Below, in pieces: positions 38,561 through 47,798 of a stretch of 64,000 nt of DNA (position 1 is its first letter; each line of letters begins with the position of its first letter). Origin of the DNA: Minisyncoccota bacterium. Its GTDB lineage: Bacteria > Patescibacteriota > Minisyncoccia > Phycocordibacterales > UBA1550. The notes under the pieces were generated by a model. The model searched no databases, was not told the DNA's origin, and saw only the letters and a program-made list of their open reading frames with translations. The translations under genes and the position numbers were made by a program. Location of the stretch: NCBI GenBank assembly GCA_041660105.1, contig JBAZWZ010000003.1, positions 25,527 to 89,526 of the forward strand. Reading direction: 5' to 3'.

Positions 38561-38653
38561 ACAGCAGGCGTCCTTCGATTGTGTTTCACATGTAACGCAC
38601 AGTAACTCAACATAACTAAGCGCTTCTGTGTAAATTGGTGTATAATAATTGAA

Positions 38654-40168
38654 ATGAAGCTCGGGACAAAAATTAATCTTGTGTTGGTTGCTGTGGTTGC
38701 CGTTGCTCTGACGGGGGCGTTTTGGGTTATCATTTCTATCGAAGGTGCAAATTTGAAACAGCAGACGGTGAATGATGCGACAACGTTGACGAACGTATTA
38801 CGTATTGATATCGAGCGCATGTTCAATCAAACCACTACGCAGGACGGCTCCCTCGTCTCTGCGGCGATAACTACGGATGATATAATAGTCCTTCAGAAAA
38901 TTGCTGACAGTATCAGTGATTCAAACCTTATTAACCATCTTGATATTTTTAATAGCCAACTTGAGATTATTGCAGATACAGGAGGAAAGAAAGATGAGTT
39001 TACCAATGATACACCTGAATATAAACAACTACGAGAAGATGTTCTCGCAGGCAAAAAGCCTGTTGGTGATGCAGAACGCGTGTATGATGGTGTCCCAATA
39101 ATTATGCGTGTTGTCCCAGTAACTTTGCGTGATGAAAAAACCGGCACCGCAAAAAATATTGGACTGATTGAAGTGCATATTCCACAATCATCGTACGGAA
39201 CACTGATTAACGCGCTCAAGTTACGTATGCTCGCAGTCGGTATTGTATTCACTGCACTTCTCGTTGTCGTACTCGCTATTATTCTCGAGAGGAATGTTGT
39301 GGGACCGCTTCGTCGATATTCTGTAGTTGCGCGGAAAATTTCTTCTGGGGATCTGGATCAACGAGTGGAGCATAGTTCGAACGATGAGATTGGAGAATTT
39401 GGAGCCGTCTTCAACACTATGGTTGCAAACCTGCACGAGCTCGATAAAATGAAGTCGGATTTTATTTCTGTTGCTGCACATCAGCTTCGCACGCCACTTG
39501 CCGGAGTCAGGTGGGTCCTCAAGCTGCTTCTTGATGGAGACCTTGGATCAATCAGCGAGGAACAGAAGGGGATGGTAGAGCGCGGATATGAAAACAGCGA
39601 CAGAATGTCACAGCTTGTTGATGAACTGCTCAATGTTTCTCGCATAGAAAACGGGAAGTTTGGTTACAAGCTTGAGAAGAATGATTTTATGAAACTCCTT
39701 GATACGCTTATGGAGAATACCGTGTTGCAATCGAAAGAGCGTAACGTAAAAGTAATTCTTGAAAATCACGTTGGAACAATCGCAGATTTTTCATTTGATG
39801 CAGAAAAACTTCTTACGGCGATTCAAAATGTTGTCGACAATGCGATGAAATACACGCTTCCTGGGGGGAGTGTTACTATTACCATTGATAAAAATGGGGA
39901 CTATGTGGAAGTAAAAGTTTCGGACACGGGCGTTGGAATTCCAAAAGATGAAATACCAAAACTTTTTTCGAAGTTTTTCCGTGCGGCAAATGTAATTCAT
40001 CTCCAAACAGAAGGTTCGGGCCTCGGACTCTTTATTGTTAAAAGTATTATTTTGCGACATGGGGGACAAATCTGGGTTGAGTCTGAAGAGGGGAAGGGGA
40101 CGACCATCACTATTAAGATCCCTGTTTTGGATGAACTTTTGCCAAAAGACGAATCAGTTTTAGTATAA
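38654..40168 (+). CDS. HAMP-domain sensor histidine kinase
   Basis: Two TM, HAMP, AAHQLRTPL, NAMKY, DTGVGI, GSGLGL. Confidence 0.95.
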   Translation: MKLGTKINLVLVAVVAVALTGAFWVIISIEGANLKQQTVNDATTLTNVLRIDIERMFNQTTTQDGSLVSAAITTDDIIVLQKIADSISDSNLINHLDIFNSQLEIIADTGGKKDEFTNDTPEYKQLREDVLAGKKPVGDAERVYDGVPIIMRVVPVTLRDEKTGTAKNIGLIEVHIPQSSYGTLINALKLRMLAVGIVFTALLVVVLAIILERNVVGPLRRYSVVARKISSGDLDQRVEHSSNDEIGEFGAVFNTMVANLHELDKMKSDFISVAAHQLRTPLAGVRWVLKLLLDGDLGSISEEQKGMVERGYENSDRMSQLVDELLNVSRIENGKFGYKLEKNDFMKLLDTLMENTVLQSKERNVKVILENHVGTIADFSFDAEKLLTAIQNVVDNAMKYTLPGGSVTITIDKNGDYVEVKVSDTGVGIPKDEIPKLFSKFFRAANVIHLQTEGSGLGLFIVKSIILRHGGQIWVESEEGKGTTITIKIPVLDELLPKDESVLV

Positions 40169-40221
40169 AGGACGATAAAAACGTCTAGCGAATATAGGCG
40201 TTTTGTATTACAATTGCAATA

Positions 40222-40677
40222 ATGGATGAAACTGTTACACCTCTTGAGAAACCCATTACTCCTGGGTCAATTGCGTCACTCATCGCAACTCCTGCGTCTG
40301 AAGCTGGAGAAAAGAAGTTTGTCTTGGTAATTGAGGACGATAAGTTTTTGAAAGAGCTTCTTGTAAAAAAAATTTCAAAGGAGGGATTTGATGTGCAAAA
40401 TGCAGTTGACGCAGAATCTGCATTTCGTGCAATAGAAGACCGCAAGCCCGATATCGTTTTGACCGACCTTATTTTGCCAGGGGTTGATGGCTTTGGAATT
40501 TTAGAGCACATAAAAAATGATCCCTTAACGAAAGATGTTCCCGTAGTTATTTTGAGCAACCTCGGACAGCAAGAAGACCTTGATAAAGGGATAGCACTCG
40601 GTGCGACGGATTATATGATTAAAGCAAATTTTACGCTCGATGAAATTGTGGCGAAGGTGCACTCAATTATTGGGTAG
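40222..40677 (+). CDS. Single-domain response regulator (receiver only)
   Basis: VIEDD, DLILPGVDG, SNL, KA. Confidence 0.9.
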   Translation: MDETVTPLEKPITPGSIASLIATPASEAGEKKFVLVIEDDKFLKELLVKKISKEGFDVQNAVDAESAFRAIEDRKPDIVLTDLILPGVDGFGILEHIKNDPLTKDVPVVILSNLGQQEDLDKGIALGATDYMIKANFTLDEIVAKVHSIIG

Positions 40678-40769
40678 AATCGTGCTACATAGGATTTATT
40701 GCGAAATTTAGAGTTTTCTGCTATTGTGTCGGGACGAGCGGGGATATAACCGTGTCGTTTGATAAAAAT

Positions 40770-40843
40770 GCGGGTGTAGTTTAATGGTAGAATAGGAGTT
40801 TTCCAAACTCTTGGTCGGAGTTCGATTCTCCGCACCCGCACCA
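40770..40843 (+). tRNA. tRNA-Gly(TCC) with encoded CCA
   Basis: GCGGGTG/CACCCGC acceptor; ttTCCaa loop. Confidence 0.95.
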
Positions 40844-41040
40844 AAGGAAAAAGCACCGAAAGGTGCTTTTTCCTTTGGTGCGGGTGCAGCAAGACGTCTG
40901 CACGTCTTGCGTGGAGAATCGAAGGGCGCAGGCATACCGAGCGTAGCGAGGAGCCGAGCCGGGGTCGAGAGTACTTAGCGAATGAGACGTACTCGGCGAA
41001 GTCGCTTAGTAACTCGTGACCGAGAGCTGCACCCGCATTT
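40844..41040. other. tRNA-Gly-associated structured element, copy B (fragmented antisense copy of the tRNA)
   Basis: TGGTGCGGGTGC, GGAGAATCGAA, GACCGAGAG, CTGCACCCGCATTT are collinear with the tRNA reverse complement. Confidence 0.65.
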
Positions 41041-41446
41041 ATTTTCCAGATTGCTTATCGTAATTCCTCAACATCATTCCGTTTGCCTTCTTCATTCCAA
41101 CTTTTTCATAAAATGATTGAACATCAGCATCACAGAGAAGATCCACCATATAATAATCCTTGAGAAGGTTTAACATCTGTTTTGTTAACTCAGTTCCAAT
41201 ATTATTGTTCTGATAGGCTGGCAGCACTTCAAGAAATGGAATATATGCGGAGAGAGTGTGGTCACTCACTGCAGAAATAAAACCGACAACATGATTTGTT
41301 TCTGAATCTAACGCAAGAACAATGTAGTCACTTTGTGTGAGTAGCTTGAGCATAGTTTGAGATGATGGGGGATTGCCCCACCCAACAAAGAACCCTTGTA
41401 GTTGATCATCAGAAATATTTACTGCGTCAGTTGTGTAAGTAATCAT
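41039..41446 (-). CDS. GNAT acetyltransferase
   Basis: LEVLPAYQNNNIG, FYEKVG. Confidence 0.85.
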   Translation of the reverse strand: MITYTTDAVNISDDQLQGFFVGWGNPPSSQTMLKLLTQSDYIVLALDSETNHVVGFISAVSDHTLSAYIPFLEVLPAYQNNNIGTELTKQMLNLLKDYYMVDLLCDADVQSFYEKVGMKKANGMMLRNYDKQSGK

Positions 41447-41525
41447 ATTTGTATTTTAACATATGTGCATAACAAAAAGCGCTCATTGCTGAGCGCTTTT
41501 TGTATGGCCTACTTAACCGAAAAAC

Positions 41526-41801
41526 TTATTTTGCTACAGCGTCCTTGAGAGCCTTTGCTGCGCGGAACTTTGGAACCTTCGTTGCCTTTACCTGAATAGC
41601 TTCACCAGTCTTAGGATTGCGAGCGGTACGTGCTGCGCGTGGCTTTACTGAGAAGATACCGAGACCTGCGATTGAAACCTCTTCTCCTTTCTTCAATGTT
41701 GATACCATTGCTTCGAGGATAGCCTCAACTGTCTGCTCTGCTGATACCTTTGTTCCACCCATTTTCTCGTGGATAATTTCTGCGATAGCTGCTTTGTTCA
41801 T
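41526..41801 (-). CDS. hup: HU DNA-binding protein
   Basis: GLGIF...RAARTARNPKTGE; terminator at about 41474-41502. Confidence 0.95.
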   Translation of the reverse strand: MNKAAIAEIIHEKMGGTKVSAEQTVEAILEAMVSTLKKGEEVSIAGLGIFSVKPRAARTARNPKTGEAIQVKATKVPKFRAAKALKDAVAK

Positions 41802-41992
41802 AATTATTTTTTTTGTTAACGTTAACTATTACTTTTAATACTAAAACGCGAGTTCCGCGGTGAGAGCGACTCACCCGAGCCCCCTTGCGAATAAGTATAC
41901 CCCCCATGGTTTTATTATGCAATAGCCACAAGGGGTTTCGGTGGAACCCCACCGAAACCCCTTGTGCTCGAACTTTTGTTGTGGGTTTATGC

Positions 41993-43525
41993 TTATCTCG
42001 CGTACTCGATCGCTCTTGATTCGCGGATGACTGCCACTTTGATTTCTCCTGGGTATTTCAGCTCCTTTTCGACACGAAGTGCGATGTCGCGAGCGAGGGT
42101 CTTGGCCTCAATATCAGTGATTTCCTCTGGCTTTACGAACACGCGAAGCTCCCTGCCGGCTTGTATTGCATAGGTCTTTTCGACAACGGGGAAGGATTTT
42201 GCTATTGCCTCGAGGTCCTCAAGACGCTTAATGTAATTCTCGGCTGAGTCACGGCGCGCGCCGGGGCGACCACCTGAAATAGCGTCCGCGGTCTGCACAA
42301 TGACGGACTCCACGGTCTCATAAGGATATTCCTCGTGATGGGACTGCATTGCTTGGACGATACGGGGATCCGTGTTGAACTTTTGGAGGATCTTGCGACC
42401 TATTTCCACGTGCGTGCCTTGAACCTCGTGGTCAACAGCCTTCCCGAGGTCATGAAGAAGTGCTCCTGCCTTGGCTATTGCGACATTTGCGCCGAGCTCC
42501 TCTGCAATCATCCCTGCGATGTGGGACATTTCTATCGAGTGCTGAAGAACATTTTGGCCATAACTCGTGCGGAAATGCAGACGACCAAGGATGGCGATGA
42601 CACGCGGGTCGAGATTGAACACACCGCATTCGTATGCAGCTTGCTCGCCTTTTTCTTTTGTCATTTTTGCAACATCCTCACGTGCTTTCTCTACCGCTTC
42701 TTCAATCTTTGCTGGCTGAATACGCCCGTCTTCAATGAGTGCCTCGAGCGCAACACGTGCAATCTGACGACGAATAGGGTCAAAAGATGAAATGAGGATG
42801 GAGCCTGGCGTATCGTCAACAATAACCTCCACTCCCGCCATACGCTCGAAGGCGCGAATGTTGCGGCCTTCTTTTCCAATAATCTTTCCTTTTATCTCAT
42901 CTGATGCGATAGGCACTGATGTTGCCATCATTTCTGCTGCGGTCGATGTGGCGAGACGCTGGATAGATGTCGCGAGAATATCGCGCGCCACTCCTGCGAG
43001 ACGCTCTTCGCCGCCTTGCTCAAGTTTCTTGATGCGCACAAGAAGGTCATCTTCGTATGTTTTCTCAGCGCGTTTTAGAAGTTCTTCTTTTGCTTGGGGC
43101 TCATTCAAACGAGCAACACGCTCAAGCTCGCGACGAGCTACTTCGTTTTCCTTCCTCGTTTTCTCGCGGAGAGTTTCTAATTCGTTCGACTTCTCCTTGA
43201 GGAGTACTCCCTCGCTGTCGATATCTGTCTGTCTCTTGTCGAGAAACTCTTCCTTTTTTATAAGTCGCTCCTCTATCTTCTTGAAGCGTTCGGTTTGTTC
43301 GCGGTCTTCTTCGTGAAGCTCGCGGCCGTACACTTCGGCCCTTCGGTCGGCTTCCTCAATAATTTTCTGTGCCTCTTCCTTTGCAGAAAGGAGAACTTGC
43401 TTTACTTCGATCTCGATTGAGTCGCGCTTGCTCACTGAAATGAACCAACGCAAAAGGTAACCGAGTGCTGCTCCGACCAGAATTGCCATCACGCCACCAA
43501 GCGTGAGTGCAATATTAATGTCCAT
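41993..43525 (-). CDS. rny: Ribonuclease Y
   Basis: N-terminal TM, coiled coil, KGKIIGKEGRNIR (KH), LLHDLGK (HD). Confidence 0.95.
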   Translation of the reverse strand: MDINIALTLGGVMAILVGAALGYLLRWFISVSKRDSIEIEVKQVLLSAKEEAQKIIEEADRRAEVYGRELHEEDREQTERFKKIEERLIKKEEFLDKRQTDIDSEGVLLKEKSNELETLREKTRKENEVARRELERVARLNEPQAKEELLKRAEKTYEDDLLVRIKKLEQGGEERLAGVARDILATSIQRLATSTAAEMMATSVPIASDEIKGKIIGKEGRNIRAFERMAGVEVIVDDTPGSILISSFDPIRRQIARVALEALIEDGRIQPAKIEEAVEKAREDVAKMTKEKGEQAAYECGVFNLDPRVIAILGRLHFRTSYGQNVLQHSIEMSHIAGMIAEELGANVAIAKAGALLHDLGKAVDHEVQGTHVEIGRKILQKFNTDPRIVQAMQSHHEEYPYETVESVIVQTADAISGGRPGARRDSAENYIKRLEDLEAIAKSFPVVEKTYAIQAGRELRVFVKPEEITDIEAKTLARDIALRVEKELKYPGEIKVAVIRESRAIEYAR

Positions 43526-43673
43526 ATGTTAATCCCTCAAAACCTTGAAATATCAGCGTCCTCAGTAATTTCTCTGGTGCGGAAGGTGGTTAAATGCTCA
43601 TAAAATTCAGAAACGTGTCAATTTAAAATTTAAAGTAAGAACAATTTCATAATACATCGGATTTCATAGAATG

Positions 43674-43735
43674 TCGAGGGAATAATAAAAGGCGGGCGTT
43701 TTTGCAAAAACGCCCGCCTTTTATTATTCCCTCGA
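43674..43735. repeat. Perfect 62-bp palindrome (clpP terminator region)
   Basis: 31-bp arms, no loop. Confidence 0.9.
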
Positions 43736-43740
43736 GAGTA

Positions 43741-44337
43741 TTACCCTCGTGGATTCTTTGGTTTATAGATTTCGTCCACAAGTCCGTACTTCTTTGCCTC
43801 GTCGGCCGACATAAAGAAGTTACGGTCAGTGTCGGTCTCTATTTGTGCGAGGGGCTTGCCGGTGTTCTTCGCAAGGATTTTGTTCAAATTCTCTTTTGTC
43901 TTCAAGATATGCTTTGCGCTGATAGCAATGTCCGATGCTTGACCCTCAGTACCTCCAAGTGGCTGATGGATCATCACTTCTGCGTTGGGGAGGATAAAGC
44001 GCTTTCCCTTTGCGCCCGCAGAGAGAAGTACTGCGCCCATTGATGCAGCCATCCCTACACAGATAGTCGCAACATCTGGCTTCACGTGTTGCATGGTGTC
44101 GTAGAGAGCCATCCCTGCCGTGACGGATCCGCCAGGGGAGTTGATATACAAATAAATATCTTTCTTGGGATCCTCGGACTCGAGGAAGAGGAGCTGAGCA
44201 ATCGCGATGTTTGCGCTATCGTCGTTTACCTCGCCCGTGAGGAAAATGATACGTTCCTTCAGAAGGCGTGAATAAATATCGTACGCACGCTCGCCCTGAG
44301 GCGACTTTTCAATAACGGTTGGAATTAAATATGACAT
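43741..44337 (-). CDS. clpP: ATP-dependent Clp protease proteolytic subunit
   Basis: [28 protein letters not shown]. Confidence 0.97.
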   Translation of the reverse strand: MSYLIPTVIEKSPQGERAYDIYSRLLKERIIFLTGEVNDDSANIAIAQLLFLESEDPKKDIYLYINSPGGSVTAGMALYDTMQHVKPDVATICVGMAASMGAVLLSAGAKGKRFILPNAEVMIHQPLGGTEGQASDIAISAKHILKTKENLNKILAKNTGKPLAQIETDTDRNFFMSADEAKKYGLVDEIYKPKNPRG

Positions 44338-44374
44338 GGGTTGAATATATCATATAGTGTAGACCACGCAACTA

Positions 44375-44402
44375 TTGACAAAATGGCAATTCAGTGTATA
44401 CT
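44375..44402 (+). promoter_or_regulatory. Sigma70-type promoter followed by a hairpin 5' UTR
   Basis: TTGACA-16-TATACT; TAGTCATAGCCA...TGGCTATGACTA stem. Confidence 0.6.
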
Positions 44403-44534
44403 ATTTTGAGTTCTTTGGTAGTTACTTGCGGATGTAGTCATAGCCAAAAGATGCTGACCTGTCGGCGTTTCCTGGCTATGACTATCAACCGATTGGTTGT
44501 TCGTTGAATAGCAAAATCTTTAAAGGAGATTGTC

Positions 44535-45119
44535 ATGACACAACGTGTCCCCGACAATGTAGTAGCTAAGTTTGCTCGTCAGCAACATGATTGGATGGAG
44601 CGTGTGCTTAAAGGCTCGCTTAACCCTGTCGAAGTTGCTCAGGCGGTCCAGGGTATCATTAACCGTTCCAAGGTGTTTAACTCCTGGGACTATTTCAAGA
44701 CACGTAAAGGTCTGTGGGGCTCAGATTCATTCACTAATCACATTCTTGTGAATCTGCCCGCAGTGATGCCCAATCGGGGCCTCATGGGGGTGGCATGTCA
44801 AAAACTTCCACGTGATATGACAGATCAACAGATTATTGAGACGCTTCTTGGTGGGGAAGGAAAAGTGCGCAAATATGCTTTTACTCTTGACCAGATTGCG
44901 ACAATGATTGACCTCCAACCAGATGGTGAAGATGGCGATCTTGTGAACCGCGAAAACCGCACAAACATTTTTTATGTGCTGGTTGAGGGGTTTCTCCTTC
45001 ATGTTAATGTGTCATGGAATGGGGATGCGTGGTTTGTAAATGCATGGAATTGCCTCGGCGGGAATGGTAAATGGAGCGCAGGAAACCACATCTTTTACAA
45101 TAAGATTTTGACTCAGTAA
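44535..45119 (+). CDS. Hypothetical protein with a Trp/Asn-rich C-terminal beta domain
   Basis: AAGGAG SD; NIFYV..VNVSW..DAWFVNAW...W.AGNHIF; terminator at about 45141-45177. Confidence 0.7.
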   Translation: MTQRVPDNVVAKFARQQHDWMERVLKGSLNPVEVAQAVQGIINRSKVFNSWDYFKTRKGLWGSDSFTNHILVNLPAVMPNRGLMGVACQKLPRDMTDQQIIETLLGGEGKVRKYAFTLDQIATMIDLQPDGEDGDLVNRENRTNIFYVLVEGFLLHVNVSWNGDAWFVNAWNCLGGNGKWSAGNHIFYNKILTQ

Positions 45120-45301
45120 TTTATCGGACCTCAGGTCCTCAACCCTCGGTTTGCTTCACGGCGAATCGGGGGTTTTCATTTTTTGTGTCGACCTGCTAGA
45201 TAATCTCTTCAATCACCTAGGACGTACTTTATACGATAGTATAAAGTACGTCCGTAGTGACAATGTATTGACAACAAATTTTAAGGGTGTATGATTGAAA
45301 G

Positions 45302-45589
45302 ATGAATACAACACTACAAATTCGTGTGGATCAGAAAATGAAAAGCGAAACTAGCAAGATATTTAAGTCTATGGGCTTGGATATGTCTACGGGTGTGAAG
45401 CTATTTCTCGCGCAAGTAATGAACACAAAAACGATACCATTCCCCGTGATGAGTGCGGATTTTTGGCCTGAAGAAAAAAAGAAACAGCTTTTACGTGATA
45501 CAAATGAAGCGCTTAAAGTGGTTAGGAGCGGTAAAGCTAAACTGTATGATGATGTTAAGGCAATGCACCGTGAGATCCTTGGGAAATAA
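45302..45589 (+). CDS. dinJ: RelB/DinJ antitoxin
   Basis: IRVDQKMK....IF.SMGLD.STG..LFL.Q.....IPF. Confidence 0.85.
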   Translation: MNTTLQIRVDQKMKSETSKIFKSMGLDMSTGVKLFLAQVMNTKTIPFPVMSADFWPEEKKKQLLRDTNEALKVVRSGKAKLYDDVKAMHREILGK

Positions 45590-45591
45590 AT

Positions 45592-45870
45592 ATGTACCAC
45601 GTCTTTCCTTCGAATCAATATAAAAAATCGCTTAAGCGTGTTTGCCAACATAAGGCTTTTCATACTGAGAAGTTAGATGAAATTGTTTTGTTGCTTAAAA
45701 ATAATGAAAAACTTGCTCCTCAATACAAAGACCATGAGTTAAAGGGTGAGCACGTGGGCACTCGTGAATGTCATATCCAAAACGATATATTGCTCTTGTA
45801 TCGCAAGGAAAAGGATGTGCTCGTCTTGCTCTTGGTTGATATTGGAACGCATGCAAATTTGTTTGAATAA
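45592..45870 (+). CDS. yafQ: YafQ-family mRNA interferase toxin
   Basis: YKDHELKG..RECHIQND.LL.Y..GTHANLF. Confidence 0.9.
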   Translation: MYHVFPSNQYKKSLKRVCQHKAFHTEKLDEIVLLLKNNEKLAPQYKDHELKGEHVGTRECHIQNDILLLYRKEKDVLVLLLVDIGTHANLFE

Positions 45871-45878
45871 TTATAACC

Positions 45879-46595
45879 ATGAGACTACACAGATTTTTTG
45901 TTGAAGAAATGATTCCGCCCTATAGCGATTCTCGCTCGGGTGCACAAGTGCAGGAGTTTTCTGTTACGAATGAAACATTGCTCAATCAGTGGCGCAATGT
46001 TTTGCGTATGACTGATGGTGACCAAGCTATTCTCTTTGATGGGAGCGGGAGTGAGTCGCTGTGTGTATTTGTTTCTCTAACAAAGAAGAATGCGTTACTC
46101 AGAGTTATCGAAACAAAAAAAGGTCTCGTGCCAGAGCGGGAGGTGACGCTCTACATGGCGCTCATCAAGAAAGATAATTTCGAATTGGTACTTGAGAAAG
46201 CGACTGAGATCGGTGTTACAAAAATTATTCCCGTGCAGATGGATCGCAGTGAGAAGAAAGGCGTGAACTACGAACGCGCGCAAAAGATTGTGCGTGAAGC
46301 TGCTGAGCAGTCAGGTCGTGCTACTGTGCCGACGCTTGGAGAGATCATTGACGTGAATAAAATTCCTGATGGAGTGGTCGTATTCGAGCCACGAGGAGAA
46401 ATATCTGCGCGTGAATATTTTAATACGCATACCAACACTCCAGTCGCCGTGTGCATCGGACCCGAAGGTGGTTTCACAGATGATGAGCTCGCGTCGTTTC
46501 ACGCACGTAATATGCCCATCGTTTCAACTGGCTCGCAAATCCTCCGTGCGGAGACTGCAGCGGTGGTGGCGCTGACACTGGGGCTGGTGAATTAA
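45879..46595 (+). CDS. rsmE: 16S rRNA m3U1498 methyltransferase
   Basis: KATEIGV, EAAEQSGR, IGPEGGF, ILRAETA. Confidence 0.95.
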   Translation: MRLHRFFVEEMIPPYSDSRSGAQVQEFSVTNETLLNQWRNVLRMTDGDQAILFDGSGSESLCVFVSLTKKNALLRVIETKKGLVPEREVTLYMALIKKDNFELVLEKATEIGVTKIIPVQMDRSEKKGVNYERAQKIVREAAEQSGRATVPTLGEIIDVNKIPDGVVVFEPRGEISAREYFNTHTNTPVAVCIGPEGGFTDDELASFHARNMPIVSTGSQILRAETAAVVALTLGLVN

Positions 46596-46867
46596 AAATT
46601 AATGGAACAAAAAATATCAGCTTGAAATAGAGGAAAGGATTTTCAAGTAAATAACTATAATTTGAAACTGCACATTTTTATCTAATTAATTTGTTTCTAA
46701 AAATATAAGCAAAAATACCCTTATTATGTATAAGGTATTTAAGGCTGCACTTTACACGTGCAATTCCTCGTTTTGTTATGTTTGAAACAGTTTGCTTTAT
46801 CTGTAGTAAACTGTAGACTTACTATCAGTACAGGACACTATTAATAGAAATAACGCATCATTTTCAT

Positions 46868-47617
46868 ATGAAGAATAATAATAAAGAAATAATTAAGTCA
46901 GAAAGGAGTAGATCTGGAAGTTTCCCTACTCTTAGCCTGGAGGAGTCAATCGAATTAATGAAGAAAGGGGCCAGTGCAGGCTGGGTTATGAGTAAGGATA
47001 CCTTTGCAAAGGCCATTGGTGGCAGCACTGCGAACAGTGGGGCATTTCTAGTTAAACTTGCGGCACTTAGGGATTTTGGCTTGATTGAACGAGGAGGGAA
47101 GGTTGAATATACACAATTAGCAAAGGAAATCGTTGCTCCAAAGACTGAAGATCACGTAGAAATTCAGAATAGATTAAAAGAATCTTTCCTAAAATCAGAC
47201 GCGTTTAAGCTTCTTTATGAAATAATTAAAGATAGTACAGGGGAGTCCTCGTTTCAGACAATTGCAAACCTGGGAATCCATGATTTTCGTATTTCTGTTA
47301 CCAAGAAGGATCTTTTCGCGCAAAACTTTATTTCATCAGTTAAATATGCTGGGCTAATGGAAGAATCAGCAGATGGGAAAATTAAGGTTATTAAGGGAGA
47401 TGAAGTTGGTCAAAAAGAACATAAAAATAATGTTTTTGAATTCTCAGATTTTGGTTTTTCCACAAAAAAAGATGTTAATTCCCAAACTCATATACACAAC
47501 GACTCTGGAAATGGTTGGGTTCTAACAATTAAAACAGGTAAGCCCCTTACTTCAGATGTAAAACGAAAGTTGATTGATGTTACGGAGTTACTCGAAAAAC
47601 TTAATGAAGATAAATAA
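46868..47617 (+). CDS. Hypothetical protein with predicted winged-helix domains
   Basis: FPTLSLEESI...SGAF..KLAALRDFGLI pattern; AT-rich islet. Confidence 0.65.
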   Translation: MKNNNKEIIKSERSRSGSFPTLSLEESIELMKKGASAGWVMSKDTFAKAIGGSTANSGAFLVKLAALRDFGLIERGGKVEYTQLAKEIVAPKTEDHVEIQNRLKESFLKSDAFKLLYEIIKDSTGESSFQTIANLGIHDFRISVTKKDLFAQNFISSVKYAGLMEESADGKIKVIKGDEVGQKEHKNNVFEFSDFGFSTKKDVNSQTHIHNDSGNGWVLTIKTGKPLTSDVKRKLIDVTELLEKLNEDK

Positions 47618-47621
47618 TAAT

Positions 47622-47795
47622 ATGAATAATACATTAAAACCAGGGCAAACTGTGCCACGATCAGGACAGTATGAAGTAATAGGGCCAAGAGGAGGAGAAA
47701 CAGGAACGGAGGTTACGGGGGTGAAGGGAAAAACGTTACCGCCAACACAAAAGTCAGGCTCCTCTTATAGATTAGTGGACCCAACGAAACATTAA
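47622..47795 (+). CDS. YjzC-family small protein
   Basis: KPGQ..P.SGQY..IGPRGG...EVT...GK.LPPT...YRLVD.TKH. Confidence 0.8.
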   Translation: MNNTLKPGQTVPRSGQYEVIGPRGGETGTEVTGVKGKTLPPTQKSGSSYRLVDPTKH

Positions 47796-47798
47796 AAT

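Larger units (their letters stand above)
33555..38597. promoter_or_regulatory. Cluster of parS-like palindromes at 33555, 33647, 34853, 35407, 36663 and 38582; split site 36906-36913/37037-37044; half site 38478
   Basis: Near matches to TGTTTCACGTGAAACA, e.g. TGTTTCCCGTGTAACA, TGTTACATGTGAAACC, CCTTTCACGTGAAACC, TGTTTCACATGTAACG. Confidence 0.75.

Noticed and set aside
41838-41965. tRNA/SRP-like RNA upstream of hup
   Set aside because: Only short hairpins (one is probably the rny terminator); no T-loop or SRP motif
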